Source of the DNA: an uncultured Chloroflexia bacterium
GTDB taxonomy: Bacteria; Chloroflexota; Anaerolineae; CG2-30-64-16
NCBI GenBank assembly: GCA_963810095.1
Contig: CAWEMM010000002.1
Location: forward strand, 64,001-128,000
Length of the DNA stretch: 64,000 bases
Direction of reading: 5' to 3'
In this document: one piece after another, positions 32,200 through 41,883 of the stretch
How the letters are laid out: each line of letters begins with the position of its first letter
Position numbering within the stretch: position 1 is the first letter of the stretch
Notes under the pieces: generated by a model
Databases searched by the model: none
What the model was told of the DNA's origin: nothing
What the model saw: the letters and a program-made list of their open reading frames with translations, nothing else
Program-made: the position numbers and the translations under genes

Positions 32200-33849
32200 T
32201 TAAACCTCGAGCACCAGGGGGAAGATCAGCGGGCGCCTCCCGGTCCGGTTGTAGCAGTACTGGCTCAACACGTCCTTGATCTTGTTCCGCGTCGAAGAAG
32301 CGGCGCCTCCCGGCCCGCGCAGCACCTGCCACATGCGGTCCTTGGCCCCCTCGATCAACTCGTCCGACTCGGCCACATAGACGAAGCCCCGCGTCAAGAT
32401 TTCCGGATCGGCGACAACCTCGCCCGTGGCCCGGTCGATGGCAACCAACGCGACGAGGAAGCCGTCGCGCGCCAGGTGCGTGCGATCGCGCAGCACCGCG
32501 GCGCCAATGTCGCCCACGCTCAACCCGTCCACCAGCACGTTCCCACCGCCCACTTCCTCGCCGAGTTTCAGCCGGTCGGCATAGACCTCGATCACCTGGC
32601 CGCTCTCGACAACCGCCATGTTTTCTGCCGGGATGCCGACCTCACGCGCCAGCCGGGAATGCAGCACCAGGTGGCGGTATTCGCCGTGCATGGGGACGAA
32701 GAAGCGCGGGCGCACCAGCGACAGCATCAGCTTAAGGTCCTCCTGGCTGCCGTGGCCCGACACGTGGACGTCGCACAGGTCGGAGTAGATGACGTCGGCG
32801 CCGAGGCGGAACAGGTCGTCGATGATGTGGTTCACCATCTCCTCGTTGCCGGGGATGGGCGTGGCCGACAGCACCACGGTGTCTGATGGCATGATCTGCA
32901 ACTGCTGGTGTTCGTTCGCAGCCAGCCGGGCCAGCACCGCGCTCGGCTCGCCCTGGCTGCCCGTGCAGACGATCACCACCTGCTCGGGCGGCAGGTTGTT
33001 CATCTCGTGCGTGCTGAGCAGTTCTTCGGCCGTGACGTTGAGATAGCCGAGCCCGATGGCCATGCGGGCGTTGTTCACCATGCTGCGCCCGATGACGCCG
33101 ACGCGCCGGCCGTAGAGCCGCGCCGTCTGGATGACCTGGTCGACGCGCGAGATGTTGGACGCAAAGGTGGCGATGATGATGCGGCCCGGCGCGGCCGACA
33201 TGACCTCTTCCAGGGTTTCGTTGACGCTTCGCTCCGAAGGAGTGAAGCCCTTCGAGTCTGCATTGGTCGAGTCGGACAGCAGCAGCAGCGCGCCGGCATC
33301 GCCGATCCGGCGCAGCTTGTCCACGTCGGTCAGCTTCCCATCGACCGGATGCTGGTCGAACTTGTAATCTGTGGCATGGACCACGGTGCCCAGAGGCGTG
33401 TGGATCACGATGCCGACCGCGTCGGGGATGCTGTGGCAGACATGGAAGAACTCGACGCGAAAGACGCCGAGCTCGACGACGCTCTCTGTAGTAACCGTGT
33501 GCAGCTCGCTGTCGGCCAGCAGGCCTGCCTCTTTCAGCTTGATCTCGGCCAGCCCCTGGGTAAGGGCGGTGGCATAAACCGGCACGTCAAGATACTTGAG
33601 CAGGTAGGGCAGCGCGCCAATGTGATCCTCGTGGCCGTGGGTCAGCACAATGGCCAGCACCCGGTCTGCCCGCTCCGTCAGATACTTGATGTCCGGATAA
33701 ACGAGATCGATGCCGGGCATGTCGCTCTCGGGAAACATGAGCCCCGCATCGATCACCAGGATATCTTTGTCGTACTCCAGCGCCAGCAGATTTTTGCCGA
33801 TCTCTCCAAAACCGCCCAGCGGGATCACCCGCAAAGGTAAATCGCTCAC
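32200..33849 (-). CDS. rnj: Ribonuclease J
   Basis: PLGGFGEIGKN, THGHEDHIG, HSIPD, DSTNA, GSQGEP, HVSGH, PMHGE. Confidence 0.97.
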   Translation of the reverse strand: MSDLPLRVIPLGGFGEIGKNLLALEYDKDILVIDAGLMFPESDMPGIDLVYPDIKYLTERADRVLAIVLTHGHEDHIGALPYLLKYLDVPVYATALTQGLAEIKLKEAGLLADSELHTVTTESVVELGVFRVEFFHVCHSIPDAVGIVIHTPLGTVVHATDYKFDQHPVDGKLTDVDKLRRIGDAGALLLLSDSTNADSKGFTPSERSVNETLEEVMSAAPGRIIIATFASNISRVDQVIQTARLYGRRVGVIGRSMVNNARMAIGLGYLNVTAEELLSTHEMNNLPPEQVVIVCTGSQGEPSAVLARLAANEHQQLQIMPSDTVVLSATPIPGNEEMVNHIIDDLFRLGADVIYSDLCDVHVSGHGSQEDLKLMLSLVRPRFFVPMHGEYRHLVLHSRLAREVGIPAENMAVVESGQVIEVYADRLKLGEEVGGGNVLVDGLSVGDIGAAVLRDRTHLARDGFLVALVAIDRATGEVVADPEILTRGFVYVAESDELIEGAKDRMWQVLRGPGGAASSTRNKIKDVLSQYCYNRTGRRPLIFPLVLEV

Positions 33850-33919
33850 AAACCAGACCTCCCTGCTTCACGACAATCCGAAAAATGAGTTCGCAAATAA
33901 GATTCGAGCCGGGCAACGC

Positions 33920-34500
33920 TCACCCGTTCGTTGGTCTCGCGCCCTTCAGCTCTGCAAGCAGCCGCGGAATCGACTGGAAATCTTCTTTCATGGCCGCCCG
34001 CCATGCGTCGTTGCGCAGCGCCGCGGCGGGGTGGAACAACGGCAGGTAGTAGGTGTCGCCCACCCGCTTAGCCTGCCCGTGGATCTTGGTGATCGACGCG
34101 CCCGGGAAATAACGCGCCATCGAGAAGCGTCCGAGGGTCACCACGATGGCGGGCTGCACAAGCGCGATCTGGCGGTCCAGGTAGTCTCGGCAAGCCGCCA
34201 GCTCGGGCGGGAGCGGGTCCCGGTTACCCGGCGGCCGGCACTTCACGACGTTCGTGATGAAGACCTGGCCGCGTTCCAGGCCGATGTCCCTGATCAAGCT
34301 CTCCAGGTACTTGCCCGACGCGCCCGACGAACGGCCGCCCCTGCAGGTCTTCGTTGCGGCCGGGGCCCTCCCCGATGAAGAAGATCCTGCGCGTCTGCGG
34401 GGCCTTCGCCGGGTACGGCTTGCGTGCGGGTCTCGCTCAGCGCGCACTTGACGCAAATCCTGACCTCGGCCGCGACCTTTTCGACGCGAGTCGCCTTGCG
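33920..34500 (-). CDS. udg: Family 4 uracil-DNA glycosylase (several frameshifts in 5' part)
   Basis: Reconstructed C..C.L...R..AVPGEGP..FIGEGPG.NED.QG.PFVG.SG across frames; in-frame ITNVVKCRPPGNRDP and FHPAA. Confidence 0.88.
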
Positions 34501-34511
34501 TGTGTCCTCCG

Positions 34512-35072
34512 CTATGCTGCGCCACTGCGCCGTCCCCTCGCTGCCGAAGCACCGTGCCAGCCGTTCGAGCGCGTCGCCGCGCTGGCCTCGATGCGCGCCT
34601 GGATTTCGGGCTCGGCAAGGGGCGGCGTGGTCATGATCAGGCCGTCCTCGCCATCGCGATAGTATTTGCGCCGCATGCCCACCACATCGAAGCCCAGCTT
34701 GTCATAAAGCTTCTGAGCGGGCAAGTTGCTTGCCCGCACTTCGAGCGTGGCCACCCGTGCGCCACGTTCCTGCGCTTTGTCGAGCAGCGCCACCATGAGC
34801 CATTCGCCCAGGCCGCAGCCGCGATAGTCGGGGTGCGACGCGACGGTCGCAACGTGCGCCTCGTCGACAAGCAGCCAGAAGCCGCCCCAGCCCAAGATCG
34901 GAGGCCAGCGCCCGTCGTCGCCCGAACGGATCACGCGATAGGTGGCGAGCGGGTTGTCTGCCAGGTCGCTCAAGTACATGTGCCGCGTCCACGGGTCGGC
35001 GAACGCCAGGCGCTCGAGCGGCATAATGAGCTCCACGTCCGCGGGGTCCATGGGTGAGACGAACGGCAGCAT
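34512..35072 (-). CDS. rimI: Ribosomal-protein N-acetyltransferase
   Basis: FADPW, DEAHVATVASHPDYRGCGLG, LEVRASN, RRKYY; follows tsaB. Confidence 0.92.
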   Translation of the reverse strand: MLPFVSPMDPADVELIMPLERLAFADPWTRHMYLSDLADNPLATYRVIRSGDDGRWPPILGWGGFWLLVDEAHVATVASHPDYRGCGLGEWLMVALLDKAQERGARVATLEVRASNLPAQKLYDKLGFDVVGMRRKYYRDGEDGLIMTTPPLAEPEIQARIEASAATRSNGWHGASAARGRRSGAA

Positions 35073-35075
35073 GCG

Positions 35076-35786
35076 CTATGGCCTCCCCGTGTGCTCGCCG
35101 GCCGGCGTGACCTTGGCGCCGTCGGGCTGCTGCAGGTAGATGGGGCTGAGGGTGGCCGGGTCGTCGGCGCCGCCTGCCGCCAGGCGCTGCAGCCCCAGCT
35201 CGGCCAGCACGCCGGCCCGGCGCAGCCCAAGCGCGGGCGAGAGGAAGACCGTGCGCTGCTTGCCGGCAGCTCGGGTCAGCGTCTCACGGTCCGCCTCGGT
35301 CAGTTCCCCGGCGAAGGCCACCGGTCGCAGCACGGTATTAGCCACTTCGACCACCGTCGAAAGGGCATACGGTCCTTGCGGGCCCCAACCACTCGGCCCG
35401 TGCGCGTACAGTGCCCAGTACACCCGGCCGCGGCCCGCCTGCGCCACGGCAATGACGGGCAGCGGGTTATCCTGGTGCGGATACGCCGTGATGTCCAGCG
35501 TGGGCACCCCGGTGAGCTTCAGCCCTTGCGCCAGCGCCAGCCCCTTGGCCGCGGCCAGCCCGACCCGGAGCCCCGTGAAGGAGCCAGGACCGATGGCGAT
35601 GGCGACGGACGCCAGGTCCGCTGCGCCCGCGCCTGCCAGCGTGAGCAGGGCGGCGACGGCCGGCATCAGTTCTTCCGTGTGCCGGTTCGCCGAAATCCAG
35701 CTCTGTTCTGCCAGCAGGCCGCGTGCCGGATCATACAGCGCAATGCTCGCCTGCCGTGTGGAGGTGTCGATAGCCAGTAGCATCAT
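35076..35786 (-). CDS. tsaB: tRNA t6A biosynthesis protein TsaB
   Basis: LAIDTST, HTEELMP, GPGSFTGLRVG, PIYL. Confidence 0.95.
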   Translation of the reverse strand: MMLLAIDTSTRQASIALYDPARGLLAEQSWISANRHTEELMPAVAALLTLAGAGAADLASVAIAIGPGSFTGLRVGLAAAKGLALAQGLKLTGVPTLDITAYPHQDNPLPVIAVAQAGRGRVYWALYAHGPSGWGPQGPYALSTVVEVANTVLRPVAFAGELTEADRETLTRAAGKQRTVFLSPALGLRRAGVLAELGLQRLAAGGADDPATLSPIYLQQPDGAKVTPAGEHTGRP

Positions 35787-35791
35787 TTCGC

Positions 35792-36280
35792 TCAGCCGTT
35801 CAGGGCTGCTTCGAGTTGGCGCAGGATTTCGACGTATCGCGGTCCGTGCGGAACGAGCTTGAAGCAGCGGCGGTCACCGTCCCCGTGTTCGATGGTGATT
35901 TCGAGGGTGTCAGGAGGCAAGAGGCCCGGAATGCGGTCGGCCCATTCCACCACGATGACGTCGTCGCTCAGGAACAGGTCTGACAAGCCCGCATCCCACA
36001 TCTCGAGCGGCGCATTCGCGAGCCGGTAGCAGTCGGCGTGCTGCAACTGCCGGCCATCCGGGGTGCGGTAGCGGTTAATCAGCACGAAGGTGGGGCTGGT
36101 GATGGTCGCCGGAACGCCGAGGCCCTGCCCCAGTCCCTGCACGAAGGTTGTCTTCCCCGCGCCCAAGTCCCCGGCAAGCGTCACGATCGCATCCTCCCGG
36201 AGCAACCGGCCGAGGGCCGCGCCCAAGCGCTGCGTCTGCTCTGCGGAGTCAGTATCGATTCTCATTGCTTCCGATTCCAT
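35792..36280 (-). CDS. tsaE: tRNA t6A biosynthesis ATPase TsaE
   Basis: GDLGAGKTTF, TSPTF, HADCYRL, VEWAD. Confidence 0.95.
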   Translation of the reverse strand: MESEAMRIDTDSAEQTQRLGAALGRLLREDAIVTLAGDLGAGKTTFVQGLGQGLGVPATITSPTFVLINRYRTPDGRQLQHADCYRLANAPLEMWDAGLSDLFLSDDVIVVEWADRIPGLLPPDTLEITIEHGDGDRRCFKLVPHGPRYVEILRQLEAALNG

Positions 36281-36495
36281 AGCCACACCACTACGCCCCG
36301 ATCCGGGGCAATTATACCAAGGGTTGCAGGCGCGACAAAACACTTTGAGTCTTTTTCTGCAACCCGATCGCCCATGGTATCATGCATTATCTCTGGAGCC
36401 TATCGCCGGCACGGCACTTCGTGTGAATCGAACAGCCGGCATGCGCCGCCAACGCCAGAAGCGCGACGCGGTGAGTGAGTTTCGACTGAGGTCCT

Positions 36496-37233
36496 ATGCG
36501 TGCCTTGATCGTGTCTGATATTCACGCAAACTTGCCTGCACTCGAGGCCGTGCTCGACGACGCTCGCGGCGGGTACGACGCCGTGTGGTGCCTGGGCGAC
36601 ACGGTGGGGTATGGGCCTTGGCCAGACGAGTGCATCAAGCGGGTGCGGGAGATCAGTGCAGTGACGGTCATCGGCAACCACGACTGGGCTGCATTGGGCC
36701 GCATGGACGTCGAGGATTTCAACCCTGAGGCGCGACGGGCGGTGTTGTGGACCGCAGAGCATCTCTCGCCCGAGTCTACCGAGTGGATGGCCGGGCTGCC
36801 GAGCGTGCCGGTGACTCAGAATGGGTACACCCTGACTCACGCCAGCCCCCGCGACCCGATTTGGGAGTACGTTATTTACCCGTCTGTCGCGCTGGCGAAC
36901 TTCGAGAACTTCGAGACGCGCTGTTGCCTCGTCGGGCACACCCACGTGCCCGCTCTGCACCTGCTCGCTGCGGGAGAGAAGAAGACCTCGGTGCTGGCGC
37001 CCACCTTTGGCCGGGGCATGCCGCTCGACGACAACACCCGCGCAATCCTTAACCCCGGCAGCGTGGGGCAGCCGCGGGATAATGACCGCCGGGCGGCTTA
37101 TGCGATCCTGGACACCCAGAATGGAATCTGGGAGCCGCGGCGGGTGGAGTACAACATCGAACAGACCCAGCGCGGCATGCGCCAGGTCGGCCTCCCCGAG
37201 CGCCTGATCAACCGCCTCGCATTTGGCTGGTAA
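36496..37233 (+). CDS. Metallophosphoesterase (calcineurin-like)
   Basis: SDIHAN, CLGDTVGYG, GNHD, THASP, GHTH, NPGSVGQPRD. Confidence 0.92.
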   Translation: MRALIVSDIHANLPALEAVLDDARGGYDAVWCLGDTVGYGPWPDECIKRVREISAVTVIGNHDWAALGRMDVEDFNPEARRAVLWTAEHLSPESTEWMAGLPSVPVTQNGYTLTHASPRDPIWEYVIYPSVALANFENFETRCCLVGHTHVPALHLLAAGEKKTSVLAPTFGRGMPLDDNTRAILNPGSVGQPRDNDRRAAYAILDTQNGIWEPRRVEYNIEQTQRGMRQVGLPERLINRLAFGW

Positions 37234-37313
37234 CCTCGTCCCCGGCCCTGACCGTCACCGCGAGAGGCGAGGTAAGTGCAGCCGCAGTTAATCTGTGCCT
37301 GCACTGATAAAGG

Positions 37314-39943
37314 TTACTGGAAGCTGTCGGCGCCCGGATTTCCCCGCAACTGGTGGTACACCGACAGCGCCTCGATCAGTTCCTGCTGCCGCTGCGCGGC
37401 CCGGCGGCGCTCGTCTCGCACGCGGAACTGGTTCAACTTCTGGAATATTTCTGACTGGACGATCTGCGGCCTGGGCACCATGATGAAGGTGAAGCCCTCG
37501 TCCGACGCCGCAGTGCTGATGACCACATCGCCATAGCCAAAGACCTTGGCCCAGATGCCGTGCTGTTGGGCCACCACGTTCTGCACCCGCTCCAGTCCAC
37601 CCTCGCGGCGCTTGGAGTCCAACCCCAACGGCTTCATCTCGATGTCGATCACCCGGTCGTCGGTCAGAATGTATACGTCGTTTCGATAATCCGTGACCTC
37701 CCACCACAACCAGAAGCCGGTTGCGCCAAGGATCATCAGCCAGCCCAACACCCAGCCGGCGCCCCCAATTGCAATGCCTGCGATGGCGCCCGAAAAAAGC
37801 AGCAGCCCGCCGAAGAACACCGCGACGAAGGCGAGGAACGCGGGCCCTGCGCGGCCCACCAGGTTGATCCAGTGTTTACGCCAAAGCTTCATGCCGGGCA
37901 ACTCCTTGGGAGCCGCAGGCGCTGGGGTGGTGCCGACGAGCGCCGTGCGCCACGTATCGGGCAGGCGCGAGGAATGCCGCGCCAACCACGCCTGCGTGCT
38001 GGGCGGGGTGGGCACGCGCTGTTTCTTCGGCGTGCGTTGGAAGCTGCGGCGCAGCCAGCCCGGGGCCGGGCCCGTGCGCGGGAGCGGCGCGTCGCCCAGC
38101 GCGCGCTGCCGCTGGGGCACGGGCAGGGCCAGGTGCAGGTCCTTGATGAGCCCTCGTCGCAACTCTTCCTTCTGGCGCCCGCGCTCGTCGGCCTGGGCTT
38201 CCGTCTTCGTCATCTCGAGAAGCTCCTTGACGGAGTACGGTCGCGGGGTCTTCTCAAGCCGAATGGCGCCCCCCTTAGAGGCCGTCCGCACGGTGATGTC
38301 GCCGTAATCGAAGATCCGGCCCCAGAAGTCGTTCAGGATCGTCACATCCTGGATCATCTCGACCGGGGCTTCAGACGCGCGCCTCGAACAGCACGAACTG
38401 GCGGTCTCGCCGGGTGACGCGGCGGTTGGTGATCACGTAGTAGTCGTCGTAATAGTTCAAGACCGCGAAGATCGCGGCGCCGAACAGGATGCCGCCAAGG
38501 ATGAGCAGCGCAACGTCGCCGATGAGCGTCAGCTCGGGAGGCAGCAGGACGACCACGACCAGGAGCGCGACCATCGCCAGCACGATCAGGCTGAGCGGCC
38601 AGAACAACCACAAAATGTGCGGCCGCCCTTTCCATTGCACTTCCTCGTCGGCCTGCATCCAGTCGTAAGGCGGCTTGACTTCCTTCGTCGCCTCCACTTG
38701 CCGGGCCATGGGCTGGTTGCTCCACAGGTCGGGCCTCTCTGCGACCGCATGCAGGAAGTCTCGCCGGTCCAGCGTGATAATGTCTGCCCCCGCCAGCCCC
38801 GGCACCCCCCGAACCGATTCGCCGCGGACGGCCCGGACCGTTACCTCCCGCTGGCCGCCCTTAAACAACGAAGTCTTGCCGTAGGACGCGCGCGGTTGGA
38901 GCCGGCTGCGCGGGCGCTCGCGGCCGTAGTTGTCGTAGGCCGTGATAAGCGCCCCGCCGTCCCGTAGAATCACGTAGGAATGGCCCGCGCTGCCCTGGGT
39001 GGTAACATTCTGTTTCTCGGGCACGAACTCCCAACCGCAGAATTGCGCCAGGTGCTGCATTTGCAGGGCGTTCAGTCCCTGGAACAGCGGCGCCTGCTCG
39101 AGCGACGCGACGATGTTCAAGGGCTCGTGGATGAGCTTCCCGACGTCGGGAAACTGGGCGATCACCCGGTGCGCGTGAACGGCGGGCAAATAGAAGAGAT
39201 GCGTGTCCACGGTCGCGCCGGCATCCTCGGCCGCACAATTGAGCCCGAACTGCATGGCCTTGGCTGGATCGGCCGCCTGGGCCGGGTCGCCGGGGGCGAC
39301 AAGGAAGTTGCCGGCCGTGATGCGCCAGGCTTGCCAGTCGCTCGGGAACGGGTTGAGCGGGCCGCTGACTGCCAGTTGGCCGCGATCCACGATCCAGAAT
39401 CCGGGGTCTTTCTGCAGGTCCGGTTTGACCCCCGCCCGCAGGTCGCGCTCCTCCACCAGTTGTGCCAGCCAGCGCACCTGGTCGTCGGTCAGGTCACGGA
39501 ACAAGGGGATGCGGCGCAGCCGTCCGGCCGCGCGCGTCGTGCAGCAGCTCCTCGCGCAGATCGGGGATGCGTTCGAGGGCGATCCGCAGCGCGCTCGCTT
39601 CGACCAGCAGCAGCGTTGCGGGCAAGCCGTTCATTCCCGCCCGGGCGGTGGTGCGGTAGGCTTCATCCCACAGCGCCTGTTGGCCGAAGATCTGGCCCGC
39701 CTTCACCTCTTGCTCGAACCATGTGTCGCCGCCTTCTTGCAGCCGGACGAGCACGCTGCCTGCGACCACGATGAAGAGGTAACGTGGCGCGTCGCCCCGC
39801 CTGAACACGAAGTCTCCGGGCGCGTACTGCCTCAACTCCACGTCGGGCAGCACTTGCGTCTGGAACTGCGGCCATTTCTGCATCAACGGAGAGGTCTTCA
39901 GAATTTCCCAGATCTCGGCTTGCTGCCGTTTGTCCGGCTTCAT
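37314..39943 (-). CDS. Membrane protein with three cNMP-binding-like domains and two bacterial PH (bPH_2-like) modules (2 frameshifts)
   Basis: ORFs 39494-39943, 38371-39504, 37314-38357 read as one ~870-aa protein: VFRRGD..LFIVVAGSV..IFGQQAL; LFRDL..WIVDRGQL; PLFQGL..TQG..YVILRDG; then 2x [2 TM, Y.IT.RRV, GRIFDYGDI / AKVFGYGDV]. Confidence 0.75.
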
Positions 39944-39944
39944 G

Positions 39945-41831
39945 TCACAGCCTCTCGCGGATTGCCTGCGCGGCAGCGAGGTTCATCCCCGGCACAGCGG
40001 CCAACTGTTCGACGGACGCGTCCCTGATCGCTTCGAGCGAGCCAAAATGCTTGAGCAATGCCTTGCGACGGGTAGGTCCGATGCCCGGAATGGAATCGAG
40101 CTCGGACGTGATGGACACCTTGGCCCGCTTCTCCCGGTGCGCGGTGATGGCGAAGCGGTGGGCCTCGTCGCGAATGCGCTGCACCAGGAACAAGCCCTGT
40201 GTGCCGGGCGCCAGCAGAACCGGCTCCGAGCGGCCCGGTAGGAACAGCTCCTCGCGCTGCTTGGCGAGGCCGACGACCGGCACGACTTCGGTCAGCTCGT
40301 ACTCAGCCAGCACCTCCACCGCCACACCGAGTTGTCCCTTGCCGCCGTCCACGATGAGCAGATCGGGCAGGATTTTCCACGCCGCGTCGCTGGCCCGGGC
40401 CTTGCTGCCAGGGTCGGCCACGTTCTGTTCGACCGCCCGGCGGAAGCGGCGGCGCAGCACCTCTCGCATCGAGGCGTAATCGTCGGGCTCGCCCTGGCTG
40501 CCGCGGCCCTTGATATTGAAGCGCCGGTAGTCGCTCTTGGCCGGCGCGCCCTTTGCGAAAACGACCATGCTGCCGACGGTGTTGGTGCCTTGCAAGGTCG
40601 AGATGTCGAAGCACTCGATCCGGCTGGGCGGGTCTTCGAGGCCGAGCGCCTCCTGCAGCTCCGTGATCGCCTGCGTCTGCCGGTTGGTGTCGGCCTGCCA
40701 CTGCGCTTGCAGCGACTGCAGCGTAGCAGCGGCATTCTCGGTTGCCAACTGCAGCAGCGCCTGCTTTGGCCCGCGCTTCGGCACGGTCAGGTTGACCTTC
40801 TGGCCCCCGCGCCGGCCGCGCAGCCACTGCTCGATGATCTTGCGCTCGTCGAGGTCCTTCGGCAGCACGATCGTGGGCGGCACAAACGCCGCCTCGTCGT
40901 AGAACTGCTTGACGAACGCGCCGATCAGTTCGCCGTTGGCCTCCGCGGGAACGCCTTCCAGAACGAAGCTCTCGCGGCCGATCAGCTTGCCCCGGCGGAT
41001 GAAGAACACCTGGACGCAGGCCTCGCCCGTTCGCTCGTCCTGTGCGAACGCAATGACGTCCTCGTCCTCTTGTTTGCCGCTGACGATTTTCTGGCGTTCC
41101 ACAATCTGCTGCGCCGCGCGGATCTGGTCGCGCAGTTGTGCGGCCCGTTCGAACTGGAGGTTTTCGGCCGCAAACTTCATCCGCTGGTTGAGTTGCTCCA
41201 GCACACGCTCGCTGTCGCCTTCGAGAAACGCCGCGAGCCCCGCCACCACCTGCCGGTAGCCATCTTTGTCCACGGCACCGATGCAGGGCCCGGCGCAGCG
41301 CTTGATGTGATAGTACAGGCAGGGCTTGGGGTCGTCGCCCGTGATCTCCCGGTTGCAGTCCAGGTAAGGAAATACCCGGCGCAGCACGTCGAGCGTTTGG
41401 CGCACCGCGTAGGCCGAGGTGAACGGCCCATAATAGCGGGCGCCGTCGCGCTCCATGCGCCGCACGATGCTGACTTTCGGGAAATCCTCCTGCCAGTGGA
41501 TCTTGATGTAGGGGTAGGTTTTGTCGTCGCGCAGCCGGACGTTGTACCGGGGATGGTAGCGCTTTATGAGCTCGTTTTCGAGAATCAACGCTTCGAGCTC
41601 GGTGTCCGTCACGATCCATTCGAGGTCCGCGATCTCCGTCACCAGGCGTCGGGTGCGCGGCTCGTGACGGGCGGCTTCGTGGAAATAAGAGCGGACGCGG
41701 TTCTTCAGCACGACCGCCTTGCCCACGTAGATCACCTTGCCGTCGGACGAACGGTAGATGTAGACCCCGGGGCGATCGGGCAGCGTGTCGAGTTTTTGGG
41801 CCAGGTCAGGCGCGACGCGATGGTTGTTCAC
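39945..41831 (-). CDS. uvrC: Excinuclease ABC subunit C
   Basis: PGVY, YVGKA..RVRSYF, RIECFDIS, VDGGKGQL, RDEAHRFA, HhH IPGIG. Confidence 0.98.
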   Translation of the reverse strand: MNNHRVAPDLAQKLDTLPDRPGVYIYRSSDGKVIYVGKAVVLKNRVRSYFHEAARHEPRTRRLVTEIADLEWIVTDTELEALILENELIKRYHPRYNVRLRDDKTYPYIKIHWQEDFPKVSIVRRMERDGARYYGPFTSAYAVRQTLDVLRRVFPYLDCNREITGDDPKPCLYYHIKRCAGPCIGAVDKDGYRQVVAGLAAFLEGDSERVLEQLNQRMKFAAENLQFERAAQLRDQIRAAQQIVERQKIVSGKQEDEDVIAFAQDERTGEACVQVFFIRRGKLIGRESFVLEGVPAEANGELIGAFVKQFYDEAAFVPPTIVLPKDLDERKIIEQWLRGRRGGQKVNLTVPKRGPKQALLQLATENAAATLQSLQAQWQADTNRQTQAITELQEALGLEDPPSRIECFDISTLQGTNTVGSMVVFAKGAPAKSDYRRFNIKGRGSQGEPDDYASMREVLRRRFRRAVEQNVADPGSKARASDAAWKILPDLLIVDGGKGQLGVAVEVLAEYELTEVVPVVGLAKQREELFLPGRSEPVLLAPGTQGLFLVQRIRDEAHRFAITAHREKRAKVSITSELDSIPGIGPTRRKALLKHFGSLEAIRDASVEQLAAVPGMNLAAAQAIRERL

Positions 41832-41883
41832 AAGGAGATATTATACATAAGACGACAAAACGAAACAAGTGTTTTTGGTGGAC

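Noticed and set aside
32200-36280. tsaE-tsaB-rimI-udg-rnj cluster as novel
   Set aside because: tsaE-tsaB-rimI linkage is a widespread housekeeping arrangement.
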